A stretch of 64,000 nt of DNA from Alphaproteobacteria bacterium (GCA_965243375.1 CBDEUT010000004.1:234276-298275), one strand, 5' to 3'. Positions 39,620-48,529 are shown, counted from the first letter of the stretch. Notes: generated by a model from the letters alone, not told the origin. Translations and numbers: made by a program.

Positions 39620-39862
39620 ATCCCACTCATCCCACTTAATCCCGCTTATCCCAGGGAATCCCACTTATCCCAGGGAATCCCACTTATCCCAGGGAATCCC
39701 ACTTATCCCGGCGAATCCCGCTTGTCCCGGCGAATCCCGCTTATCCCAGGGAATGCCGCTTATCCCAGGGAATCCCGCTTATCCCAGGGAATCCCGCTTA
39801 TCCCAGGGAATCCCGCTTATCCCAGGGAATCCCACTTATCCCACTCAATCCCGGCTAATCCC
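39620..39862 (+). repeat. tandem array of 26 phased ATCCC cores (19-bp unit, alternating 9/10-bp spacing)
   Basis: Counted directly: cores start at 39620, 39629, 39639, 39648, 39658 and so on up to 39858. 24 are perfect ATCCC, with one GTCCC and one ATGCC variant. The main unit is GGGAATCCC(A/G)CTTATCCCA. No unique spacers. Confidence 0.95.
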
Positions 39863-39936
39863 GCATGAAGTACAGGCATGCCGAGGTGGGACGCGGAACG
39901 GGACCGGGGGTGCGGTGAGATACTCGGGTTAGCCGG

Positions 39937-41625
39937 TCAGCCGTAGCGGTAGTCGCGGCGCGCGCCTTCCGGCGTGATCCAGCCCTCGCTCAGGTCTTCG
40001 GCGATCATGGCGGGGTCGCGCTCTGCGACATCGCCGTAGCCGCCTGCGCCCGGCGCGATCAGGCGCACGCGGTCGCCGGGGCCGATGGTCGCGTTGGCGA
40101 ACTTGCTGGGCGAGGTCTTGCCGAAGGCCTCGGTGAAGGGGCGCCAGCCGTTGCCGCCGGCTTCCTGATAGAAGAGCCCGCCCGTCGCGCCCGGCCCGCC
40201 GCCGAGCAGGCCCCAGGGCTGCATCTTGTGACGGTCTGAGACCGAGCTCACCGTGATCTCGGTGTCCATGCAGCGGAGGATCTTGGCGAGCGCATGGGCG
40301 CCCCGGTATTGGCCGGGCCCGCCGGTGTCCGGCTGCAGCGCGTACTCCTCGATCATCCACGGATAGCGCACCTCGAACACCTCGATCGGCACCATGCGCG
40401 AGTTGCCGTTGATGCAGTTGATGACCTCGTTGCCGTCGGCGAAGGAGCGCCCGCCCCAGGCGGCGCAGGTGAAGTCGTAGCAGACCACGTAGTCGCCGGA
40501 GCGCGGGTCGGTGGCGCCGAACAGGAAGTTGCTGTGGGTGCCCGCGTCGGTGGCGAAGGCGCGGTCCGGCACGCACTGCGCGAGCGCCGCGATGATCGTG
40601 TAGGCGATGCGGATGTGGGTCTCGGTGTTGCCGCCGACGCAGGTGGCCGGATAGTCCGCGTTCACCAGGGAGCCGCCGGGCGCCACGATCTTGATCGGGC
40701 GGAAGCAGCCCGAGTTCTTGGGGATCGACGGGTCGGTGAGGTGCAGGATCGCGTTGTAGGCCGAGGACCACGCGACCGAGAGGACGGCGTTGATCGGCCC
40801 CTGCGCCTGGGCGTCCGTGCGGCCGTAGTCGACCACCACCTCGTCGCCCTGGACGTGGACATCGACGTGGATCTTGTAGGGCCGGTCCTCGATGCCGTCG
40901 TCCTCCATGTAGTCGGCGAAGCTGTAGACCCCGTCGCGGAAGGCGGAGAGCTCGGCCCGCATGCGCGACTCCGCGTAGTCCATCAGGTCGTCGGCGGTCT
41001 TGCGGAATGTGTCCGGCCCGTACTTCTCGATCAGCGCGGTGAGCCTGGCGGCGCCCACGTCGACGGCGCTGATGAGGGCGCGGAAGTCGCCGTAGTTGGC
41101 GCGGGGCGTGCGGTAGTTCGCGAGCAGCAGCTTCCACACCTCGACCACGTCCTTTCCGCCCTCCTTGATCTTGACCGGGGGGACGCGCATGCCCTCGTGG
41201 AAGATCTCGGTGGCCTCGCCGGCGAAGCCGCCGGGGACCATGCCGCCGACCTCCGCCACATGACCGATGGCGACGGCGTAGCCCATCAGCTCGCCCCGGT
41301 AGAACACGGGCTTGATGAAGGTGTGCTCGGGCGTGTGCATGCCGCCCCGGTAGGGGTCGTTGTGGACGATGACGTCGCCTTCCTCGACCTCGTCGTGCGG
41401 GATTTCCTGGGCCGAGGTCTGCAGCACGAGCGGCAATCCGCCGATCTGCGAGGGGTTGAACTCGGCAACCCCGATCAGCTCGCCCCGCGTGTTGCCGAGG
41501 CCGCAGGTGAAGTCCAGGCCCTCGTTGAAAATGGTCGAGTAGGAGGTCTTCATCATCGTGATGCCCATCTCGCGGCAGATGGACACCATCGTCGAATCGA
41601 TGATGTTCATGGTGACCATGTCCAT
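39937..41625 (-). CDS. hydantoinase B/oxoprolinase family protein (HyuB-type, no adjacent HyuA)
   Basis: 562 aa, AGGAGG upstream. NIIDSTMVSICREMG...SYSTIFNEGLDFTCG is the HyuB N-terminal pattern. Confidence 0.85.
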   Translation of the reverse strand: MDMVTMNIIDSTMVSICREMGITMMKTSYSTIFNEGLDFTCGLGNTRGELIGVAEFNPSQIGGLPLVLQTSAQEIPHDEVEEGDVIVHNDPYRGGMHTPEHTFIKPVFYRGELMGYAVAIGHVAEVGGMVPGGFAGEATEIFHEGMRVPPVKIKEGGKDVVEVWKLLLANYRTPRANYGDFRALISAVDVGAARLTALIEKYGPDTFRKTADDLMDYAESRMRAELSAFRDGVYSFADYMEDDGIEDRPYKIHVDVHVQGDEVVVDYGRTDAQAQGPINAVLSVAWSSAYNAILHLTDPSIPKNSGCFRPIKIVAPGGSLVNADYPATCVGGNTETHIRIAYTIIAALAQCVPDRAFATDAGTHSNFLFGATDPRSGDYVVCYDFTCAAWGGRSFADGNEVINCINGNSRMVPIEVFEVRYPWMIEEYALQPDTGGPGQYRGAHALAKILRCMDTEITVSSVSDRHKMQPWGLLGGGPGATGGLFYQEAGGNGWRPFTEAFGKTSPSKFANATIGPGDRVRLIAPGAGGYGDVAERDPAMIAEDLSEGWITPEGARRDYRYG

Positions 41626-41746
41626 GGCCGGACCTCCTGAGGGGTGTCGCTATCGGGGCGGCGGCCACAGTGGCGCAGCACCTGCCGAGCCGCAAGGCGG
41701 GAGGGAGGCACTCCCGTCGCTGGTCTTGCTCGGCGATCCAGCAGGG

Positions 41747-41804
41747 GTTGACTTGCGATCAACTATGTCCCATATATGGGTTCAGGTGTTGATTTCTAAT
41801 CAAC
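41747..41804 (+). promoter_or_regulatory. putative promoter/operator: three consecutive palindromes upstream of the DUF4258 gene
   Basis: GTTGA-N7-TCAAC (41747-41763), CCCATATATGGG (41769-41780), GTTGAT-N5-ATCAAC (41788-41804). TTGACT at 41748-41753 followed 17 nt later by CATATA could be -35/-10. Confidence 0.4.
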
Positions 41805-41910
41805 CTGTCCGCGAGCCTGACGAGCACGCGGCCAAACAATTCAAATGGAAGGGGACTAGCGATGTCTGATGCAACAAGACCATGGCCGAAGGGTCTAAGG
41901 AGACGACGCA

Positions 41911-42219
41911 ATGGCAGCGAGTACGCCACCCAGTAAGTACCGTTCATACTACGGCAATTTCTTTCGGAATTTTCCCAATTTCAGTATCAACCTTAAAGTT
42001 CATGCGCGTGATCGGATGCGGCAGCGCAATATTCAGTTGCCGCAGATATCGACAGTCTTGAGATCAGGATCGCTAGTGCGCGTTGAGTCCGATATCAGGA
42101 GTGGACTCGACAAGTATCGGGTGTCAGGACGCGACGCGGACGGAAGGAACCTGGAGATCGTAGTTAATCTGGTTGAATCCGGCGAAGGCCGAGTCGATGT
42201 CATCACAGTTATAGGCTAA
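41911..42219 (+). CDS. DUF4258-like protein (putative toxin)
   Basis: 102 aa with AAGGAG 8 nt upstream. The segment INLKVHARDRMRQRNIQLPQISTVL matches the HA..RM..R.I signature I associate with DUF4258. Visibly AT-richer than its surroundings. Confidence 0.6.
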   Translation: MAASTPPSKYRSYYGNFFRNFPNFSINLKVHARDRMRQRNIQLPQISTVLRSGSLVRVESDIRSGLDKYRVSGRDADGRNLEIVVNLVESGEGRVDVITVIG

Positions 42220-42352
42220 TCCGACACCGGAAGTGACGGCCGGCATGGGAGAAGAGAAGTAGCTAGTGAATGGCATTAGGCAGGGGGAGGAAAGGCGGGG
42301 CGAGCGTGGCTGAAGACGTTCAGACCTAAGTTCGCCCTAAATTGAAGGAGCA

Positions 42353-42847
42353 ATGCGTAAGACGAGTGAATACGACGCCACGGTCGAGATGGGGCTACCC
42401 GTGACCCTGATCGATACCGTTCTGGAAGACGATGACGGCAACGTGGAAATACCGAACCTGGACATGCTGCTGGCGTCCGTCGCCGTGGCTCGCGTAATCG
42501 CGCCGGTTCAATTGGTCGGGGCGGAACTCCGCTTTCTCCGTCATGTTCTGCATCAGACGGGGTCTGAGTTCGCCCGTGCCATCGATCTGAGTGACAAGAC
42601 CGTCGTCTCGCGCTGGGAGAACGGCAAGTCGCGCCCTGGAGGCTACACGGAAAAGATCATCCGGCAGCTAATCCTGAATATGCTGGGTCACCGCGCCCCC
42701 GGTATCGAGATACCGGAAAACGCAATCCCCGGCATGAGGATCCGGCAGCGCGAAGCCTCGGAGGGTCCACTGCCGATGGCGTTCAGCTTCAAGGGCCGTT
42801 CAGAATCGGATGGCCGGCCCGTAGATTGTTACGCGGAGGCGGCGTGA
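42353..42847 (+). CDS. MqsA-like XRE-family HTH protein lacking zinc-ribbon cysteines (putative antitoxin/regulator)
   Basis: 164 aa with GAAGGAG upstream. GAELRFLRHVLHQTGSEFARAIDLSDKTVVSRWENGKSRPGG is the MqsA/XRE HTH pattern. The N-terminal region is alignable by eye to the MqsA ribbon but has no Cys. Confidence 0.6.
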   Translation: MRKTSEYDATVEMGLPVTLIDTVLEDDDGNVEIPNLDMLLASVAVARVIAPVQLVGAELRFLRHVLHQTGSEFARAIDLSDKTVVSRWENGKSRPGGYTEKIIRQLILNMLGHRAPGIEIPENAIPGMRIRQREASEGPLPMAFSFKGRSESDGRPVDCYAEAA

Positions 42848-42887
42848 TTGGCGGCGAAGGAGCCCACCGCCGCGGAGTTCACTGCAA

Positions 42888-43232
42888 TCAGTCGAAGGGC
42901 GCGAGGCTTGCCTGCGCCTTGCGTGTCAGGCCCTTGCGCACGATGCGGTAGGAGTCGGCGAGCCGCTGGCGAAGCTCGTCCTCCGGCAGATCCCAGGGGA
43001 TGTTGATCCAGGAGCGGTGGAAGTAGGGCGCCTTGCGGCCGACGCCCATCTCGATGAGCATCTGGGCGGTCTCGACGCTGTCGGTCTTGATGGAGACTCC
43101 CGGCAGCTTCGAGCCGATGGAGGCGAACATCTTGCCGCCCACCTTCCAGGCGTCGTGTCCGCCGCCCCAGGGATCCGACACCTCGGCGCCGGGGAACGTC
43201 TCGCAGATTGCATTCACCGTATCGCGGCTCAT
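42888..43232 (-). CDS. MmcQ/YjbR family DNA-binding protein
   Basis: ORF trimmed to MSRDTVNAICETFPGAEVSDPWGGGHDAWKVGGKMFA, the characteristic YjbR N-terminus. Confidence 0.75.
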   Translation of the reverse strand: MSRDTVNAICETFPGAEVSDPWGGGHDAWKVGGKMFASIGSKLPGVSIKTDSVETAQMLIEMGVGRKAPYFHRSWINIPWDLPEDELRQRLADSYRIVRKGLTRKAQASLAPFD

Positions 43233-43415
43233 CCATTGCCTCCCGCCCGCCTCGGCAGATCGGACCAAGCTGCCATTCTACCGCGCGACGATGCACGTGA
43301 GCAGAGCGTGAGAGCGGGGCGACTCCCGCCGCGCCATGACTCTCTGCCGCCCGTCGGTTAGCATCGGCGCCGGCCCGCGCGGCGGATGGACGCCAAGCGC
43401 GTAAGGGAGGGACCG

Positions 43416-44828
43416 ATGGAAGGGCACGCCGCAACCAATTTGAGCCTCGAGCAGATGGATGTGGAGACGACGCTCCACGCCTTCACCCCCATCCACGAGC
43501 ACGAGAAGACCGGCCCGCATATCATCACTAACGGCGACGGTATCTACGTCACCGACAGCAAGGGCGACACGTATATCGACGCGATGGCCTCGCTCTTCTG
43601 CGTCAACGCGGGCTACGGGCGGAGCGAGATCGGCGAGGCGATCGCCGACCAGGCTCGGAGCTTCCCCTACTTCCACACCATGGCGGGCCACGCCAACGAG
43701 CAGCAGATCAAGCTGAGCGATCGGCTCATGGATATTCTGCCGGACAACATGAGCCGGATCCTCTACGCAAGCTCGGGCTCGGAGGCGAACGACGCCAACG
43801 TCAAGCTCGCCTGGATGTATCAGCGCTGCCGCGGCAAGCCCGAGAAGCGCAAGATGATCGCGCGGAGCATGGGCTATCACGGCGTGACCGGGATCGCGAC
43901 CAACCTCTCGGGCCTGCCGCTCATGCACGAGGCCTTCGGGCTGCCGCTGCCGGGCTTCCTGCACACCGAGAAGGGCCACTATTTCTGGGAGGGCGAGCCC
44001 GGCGAGAGCGAGCGGGATTTCTCCAAGCGCATGGCCGCCGCGCTGGAGGAGCAGATCGTCCAGGAGGGGCCGGAGACCGTCTGCGCCTTCATCGCCGAGC
44101 CCGTGATGGGCGCGGCCGCCTGCGTCTCGCCGCCCGAGGGCTATTTCGAGGAAGTCCAGGCGGTGCTCAAGCGCCACGACGTGCTCTTCATCGCCGATGA
44201 GGTGATTACCGGCTTCGGGCGCCTCGGCTCCTGGTTCGCGACCGAGAAGTACGGCCTCGATCCCGATCTGATGACGCTGTCCAAGGGCATCACCAGCGCT
44301 TACGTGCCGCTCTCCGCCTCGGTGATCTCGGACCGCGTGTGGGAGGTGCTGCACGAGGGCTCTAAGGACATCCCGATCTTCGCCCACGGCCACACCGCGA
44401 GCGCCCATCCGCTCGCCTGCGCGGCTGCCAACGCCAACCTTGCGTTGATGGAGCAGGAGGACATGGTGGGGAACGCCGCATCCACCGGTGCCTACTTCAA
44501 GCAGCAGCTCGAGGAGCGCGTCGGCCCCCACCCGCTGATGGGTGAGATTCGCGGCGACGGCCTGATGCTGGCGATCGAGCTGGTGGCCAACAAGGAGACC
44601 AAGGAGGAGCTCAACCTGGAGTGGGATTGCTCACACCGGTTGTTCGACCTTTGCCTCGAGGAGAAGCTGATCACACGCGGCTTCTTCGGCCACAACTCGA
44701 CCTCGTTCGCGCCGCCGCTCTCAATCACGCGCGACCAGGTGGACGACGTGATCGACCGCTTCTCCCGCGGCCTCGACAAGCTGACGGCCGACCTCAAGTC
44801 GGAGTACGGGTTCAGCCCGGCGGGCTGA
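43416..44828 (+). CDS. class III (omega) aminotransferase
   Basis: Start chosen at the ATG at 43416 (GGGAGG upstream); alternative ATG at 43386. SGSEANDANVKL, DEVITGFGRLG, and PLP-Lys in TLSKGITSAY. Confidence 0.85.
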   Translation: MEGHAATNLSLEQMDVETTLHAFTPIHEHEKTGPHIITNGDGIYVTDSKGDTYIDAMASLFCVNAGYGRSEIGEAIADQARSFPYFHTMAGHANEQQIKLSDRLMDILPDNMSRILYASSGSEANDANVKLAWMYQRCRGKPEKRKMIARSMGYHGVTGIATNLSGLPLMHEAFGLPLPGFLHTEKGHYFWEGEPGESERDFSKRMAAALEEQIVQEGPETVCAFIAEPVMGAAACVSPPEGYFEEVQAVLKRHDVLFIADEVITGFGRLGSWFATEKYGLDPDLMTLSKGITSAYVPLSASVISDRVWEVLHEGSKDIPIFAHGHTASAHPLACAAANANLALMEQEDMVGNAASTGAYFKQQLEERVGPHPLMGEIRGDGLMLAIELVANKETKEELNLEWDCSHRLFDLCLEEKLITRGFFGHNSTSFAPPLSITRDQVDDVIDRFSRGLDKLTADLKSEYGFSPAG

Positions 44829-44895
44829 GGGGTAAGTCTCAACAGAATAGGGCGTCCGCCTTCGCGTGGCAGGCGCCCGGACGAGCAGGCGGCAG

Positions 44896-46356
44896 CTACG
44901 CCGCCTGCTTCGTCTTGAAGCCGTTCTCCTCGATCCAGCGGGTGGTGTCGTCGAGGGCGGCGGCGAAGCGGCGCATCATCTCCTCGACCTCGGCCTCGGT
45001 CATCACCAGCGGCGGGGCGAAGGCGAGACTGTCGCCGGCTAGCGCGCTTCTGATGATGAGGCCGTGCTCGCGGGCGCGGTCCACCGCGTAGGTCTTCACG
45101 CCGAAGGAGGGGTCGAAGGAACGCCGGGTCTCCTTGTCGGCCACCAGCTCGATGGCGCCCATCATGCCGACTCCGCGGGTGGTGCCCACCAACGGGTGAT
45201 CGGCGAAGCCCCGGATGCGCTCCTGCAGCAGGCCGCCCGCGCGGCGGACGTTGCCGAGCACGTCGCGCTCCTCCATCAGCTCCTGGCAGCGGAGCGCCAC
45301 GGCGACTGCCACCGGGTGGCCGGTGGTGGTGAAGGCGTGCGCGAAGAAACCTAATTTGCGGCTCTCGGCCAGCATGGCGTCGTAGAGCTTCTGGTTGATC
45401 ATCACCGCCGAGATCGGCTGGTAGGCGCTGGCCAGCCCCTTGGCGAGCGAGAGGCCGTCGGGCCGGATGTTGAAGGTCTCCGACCCCAACCAGCTTCCGG
45501 TCCTGCCTGAACCGGTGATCACCTCGTCGGCGAAGAACAGGATCTCGTACTTGTCGAGGACCGCCTGCACCTTCTCGAAGTAGGTCCTGGGCGGCACGAT
45601 GCAGCCACCGCCGCCCATCACGGGCTCGGCGAAGAAGGCCGCCACGGTCTCGGGCCCCTCCTTCACGATCAGCTCTTCGAGGTTGCCGGCGAGCCTGGAG
45701 GCGTAGTCCTCCTCGCTCTCGCCCGGCTCGCCGTATCGGTAGAAGTGCGGGCAATCGGTCTTGAGGAAGAGGTCGTTGACCGGCAGGTCGAAGTCCGCGT
45801 GCATCTGCGGTATGCCGGTGACGCTGGCCGCGCCGCAGGTGACGCCGTGGAAGCCCATGAAGCGGGAGATGATCTTCTTCTTCTCCGGCTTGCCGATGGC
45901 GTTGTGGTAATACCAGGCGAGCTTGACCAGCGTGTCGTTGGCCTCCGAGCCCGAGTTGGCGAAGAAGACCCGCGCCATCGGCACATGGGTCGACGCCTTG
46001 AGCCGCTCGGCGAGGCGGCCCATGGGCTCAGTCGTCTTGTCGATCAGAGAGTGGTAGTAGGGCAGCGCCCGGAACTGCTCGATCGCAGCGTCCACCAGTT
46101 CGCTCTCGCTGAACCCGAAGTTGGCGCACCACATGCCGGCGACGCCTTCGATGTAGTCGCGGCCTTCCTCGTCGATGATGGAGACACCCTTGCCGCGGGT
46201 GACGACCATAGGTGGCGTCCGTTCCAGCGCGTCCAGGTTGCCGTAGCCGTGGGCGACGTGGGCCACGTTGCGCGCGCCGAGGGAGTTCGGGTTGCCGATC
46301 GGCGCGTCGCTCTCGGTGCCGCCGTTATCGGGTCTGCTGCTGGCATCGTCCATCAC
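44896..46356 (-). CDS. class III (omega) aminotransferase
   Basis: 486 aa. SGSEANDTLVKL, DEVITGSGRTG, and SLAKGLASAY. Convergent with the previous aminotransferase gene. Confidence 0.85.
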   Translation of the reverse strand: MMDDASSRPDNGGTESDAPIGNPNSLGARNVAHVAHGYGNLDALERTPPMVVTRGKGVSIIDEEGRDYIEGVAGMWCANFGFSESELVDAAIEQFRALPYYHSLIDKTTEPMGRLAERLKASTHVPMARVFFANSGSEANDTLVKLAWYYHNAIGKPEKKKIISRFMGFHGVTCGAASVTGIPQMHADFDLPVNDLFLKTDCPHFYRYGEPGESEEDYASRLAGNLEELIVKEGPETVAAFFAEPVMGGGGCIVPPRTYFEKVQAVLDKYEILFFADEVITGSGRTGSWLGSETFNIRPDGLSLAKGLASAYQPISAVMINQKLYDAMLAESRKLGFFAHAFTTTGHPVAVAVALRCQELMEERDVLGNVRRAGGLLQERIRGFADHPLVGTTRGVGMMGAIELVADKETRRSFDPSFGVKTYAVDRAREHGLIIRSALAGDSLAFAPPLVMTEAEVEEMMRRFAAALDDTTRWIEENGFKTKQAA

Positions 46357-46440
46357 GGGCCATCTCCGTCTCTTGGGGCCGTCGGCCGGGGGCCATACTT
46401 GGCAACGTTCATAGTAGCAAGGTCTTGTCTTGTTTATATC

Positions 46441-48402
46441 GAGGAATGTGCGCTGTGGCGTATTTCGACATCGTGACGCTGATCTTTGGCGGCCGGATAT
46501 CGACTGCCTGATCCCCGCCGGGTGAGCAGAATGCAGCGATTAGACGCGAGATCGGAACGCTACGGGAACATCGTGACATGGATGGCCGCGGTCTGCCATC
46601 CGCCGGCAGGCGGCTTGGTCGAGCGGCGATGTCGGAGGTGGGACAACCGGTCAGCCGGTGTCGAGGTACGGCACCGCGCCGACCAGCGAGCGCATCCGCT
46701 CCGCGTGGCCGGCCCGCACCTGCGCAAGGGCCAGCGCCATCATCACCACCAGCGCCAGCCCGACACGGGTCTTCATCTTAGCGAGCCCGCGGATGTAGTG
46801 GGTCTCGAAGTTGAAGCTGTTGTCGAGGCGGCTGTTGATCCTCTCTATCGCAGAGCGCCGGTTGTAGCCGCGCCGCCAGGACGGGCTGCCCCAGGGCGTC
46901 GGGGTGAAGACGCGCCGGTCGTTCTTGTCGAGATCGATGCGCACGATGCGGCCGTACTCGCCGGGCTCCACCCCGCCCGCCCGGTGGCACGCCTTGCTGC
47001 CTGCACAGTCGAAGCCGAAGGCCGCCGCCGGGCAGCGGTATTTCAGCGTGCCGCAGAGGCCGCGCTCGGCCTCGAAGCCCTGGAAGGCCATGGCGCGGAC
47101 CTCGCCGGTCTGGGGGCAGATGCAGGACACGCGGCCGCGCTCGTCGTGAACGACGACGTCGGCGCGGTTGGGGAACAGCGCCCGCGTGATCGGCTTCGTC
47201 GGATCATAGCCCGGCTCCTCCTTCTCGGCCTTCCACATCAAGCGCGTGTCGACCAGCGGCCGAATGGCCCACTTATCCCAGAGCAACTTCTTCTGGGGAG
47301 CGTTGTCGAGACCGCGGTCGGCGCTGAAGTCGTCGCAGCGCTCCACCATTTCCGGCGCTCTTGCGAACAGGTTCTCCAGCATCTTGGGGAGCATCTTGAC
47401 CTCCGAGTCCGACGCCCGCGTCACCTCGAAGGCCACCGGGACCTCGTAGTGGGTGTCGGCGATCAGGTGGAGGCCGTAGCCGAACCATGATTTCACCTTC
47501 TTCCAGATCGCGCCGGTCTTGGCGTTCACCCCGCTCGTCTCATGCTTGCCCCAGTCGGCGTCGGGGTCGGAGGTCTTCCCCTTGTCCTCGGCAACCCGGC
47601 CCGTCGAGTGGCTCTCGATCGCCTTGCCGTCGTAGCCGAGATGGCGGCCGAAGTCGGGCAGCTCTTCGAAGAGCGACGCGCGCAGGCTCTCGACCATTGC
47701 GGACACCAGGCTGCACTCGTTCTCAAGCAGCACGACGCGCCGCAGGAAGCGCGAGAAGTTCCAGTGGCTGGGCACCGTCGAGCGGACCTGCGCCGGATGC
47801 GCCACCGCGCATGGTGGCTCCTTCGTACCTGCGCGAAGCTCCAACACGGGCGCGCTCTGGAAAGGCAGCGGGTCGAACCCGCAGAGTTCCAGGAGCGCCG
47901 GGTTGCGGCCCATCTCCCGCAGCAGCGACTGGATCGAGGCGTGCTGGAACACCACGCCCGCGATCAGCGCACGCCACATCGACCGCACCGGGTAGTCGTT
48001 GCGCCCGCGACCTCGCCCGGCCTCAAGCGCAGCCACGATCTCCTCGTCGGGCAGGGTGTCGAGCACCAGACGCAGGCGATCCAGGTCCGGCAGGCCTTCG
48101 ACAGCCTGCCAGGAAAAGGGTAGCTTCTCCGTTGTCGCCATCACGTTCTCCCTACCAGGGCTGGTGGATGGAACGAGGGCCTCTGGCCCGATGGCGACAC
48201 CTTCTATCCGATTCGGGCGGGACGACGCGACGGGGCCGGAAGTGAGCCTGGGAGCGTCGTCGGCTATGGGGTGGAAATCCTCGATCCGCCCTATCCGCCG
48301 ATCTCAGGGCCGCAGATGTCTGCGAAGCCGCCGGGGTAAGAAAAATCTCGGATCAGCTGGAGCCCTTGATCACCAAGGGATGCGTGACAGCGCACACGCC
48401 TC
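46441..48402 (-). mobile_element. insertion sequence (~1.96 kb, IS4/IS5-superfamily DDE transposase) with 23-bp imperfect inverted repeats and a 5-bp target duplication
   Basis: GAGGAATGTGCGCTGTGGCGTAT (46441-46463) versus the reverse complement of 48380-48402, GAGGCGTGTGCGCTGTCACGCAT (18 of 23 identical). ATATC occurs directly outside both ends (46436-46440 and 48403-48407). Confidence 0.7.
46651..48144 (-). CDS. DDE transposase (IS4/IS5 superfamily, InsH-like N-terminal domain)
   Basis: 497 aa. The N-terminal NDYPVRSMWRALIAGVVFQHASIQSLLREM resembles the IS5-type N-domain. C-terminal YNRRSAIERINSRL (Y-x2-R-x3-E). Precise family not resolved. Confidence 0.8.
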   Translation of the reverse strand: MMATTEKLPFSWQAVEGLPDLDRLRLVLDTLPDEEIVAALEAGRGRGRNDYPVRSMWRALIAGVVFQHASIQSLLREMGRNPALLELCGFDPLPFQSAPVLELRAGTKEPPCAVAHPAQVRSTVPSHWNFSRFLRRVVLLENECSLVSAMVESLRASLFEELPDFGRHLGYDGKAIESHSTGRVAEDKGKTSDPDADWGKHETSGVNAKTGAIWKKVKSWFGYGLHLIADTHYEVPVAFEVTRASDSEVKMLPKMLENLFARAPEMVERCDDFSADRGLDNAPQKKLLWDKWAIRPLVDTRLMWKAEKEEPGYDPTKPITRALFPNRADVVVHDERGRVSCICPQTGEVRAMAFQGFEAERGLCGTLKYRCPAAAFGFDCAGSKACHRAGGVEPGEYGRIVRIDLDKNDRRVFTPTPWGSPSWRRGYNRRSAIERINSRLDNSFNFETHYIRGLAKMKTRVGLALVVMMALALAQVRAGHAERMRSLVGAVPYLDTG

Positions 48403-48406
48403 ATAT

Positions 48407-48493
48407 CCCTCAGTCGCCGGGCGCTCGCTCCGCTCGCTTGGCTACGCGCCTTCGGCGCGCGGCGCGGTCGCGCCGTCCGGGCCTGCGGCCCGG
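48407..48493. repeat. REP-like GC-rich intergenic repeat, copy 2
   Basis: CCCTCAGTCGCCGGGCGCTCGCTCCGCTCGCTTGGCTACGCGCCTTCGGCGCGCGG...GCGGCCCGG matches 30320-30410. It starts at the IS target duplication. Confidence 0.7.
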
Positions 48494-48529
48494 CCCCCAA
48501 TACTACCCGCCCTGCGAGTGGCCCCGCAC

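Noticed and set aside
39620-39862. CRISPR array interpretation of the tandem repeat
   Set aside because: Units are contiguous (19-bp period) with no unique spacers, repeats are far shorter than CRISPR repeats, and no cas genes are in the window.
39561-39932. 123-aa ORF with a striking 19-residue peptide repeat (IPLIPGNPTYPRESHLSQG...)
   Set aside because: It is simply the translation of three 19-bp DNA units per 57 nt. There is no start context or RBS. The same array occurs inverted at 54.8 kb, where other frames are open, so the periodicity is at the DNA level.
46357-46440. tRNA or small RNA gene in AT-richer intergenic stretches (46357-46650, 50139-50432, 41626-41910)
   Set aside because: No cloverleaf-compatible arms or conserved T-loop (GTTCRA) context were found. 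The stretches are better explained as IS-internal DNA, divergent promoter regions and the TA islet.
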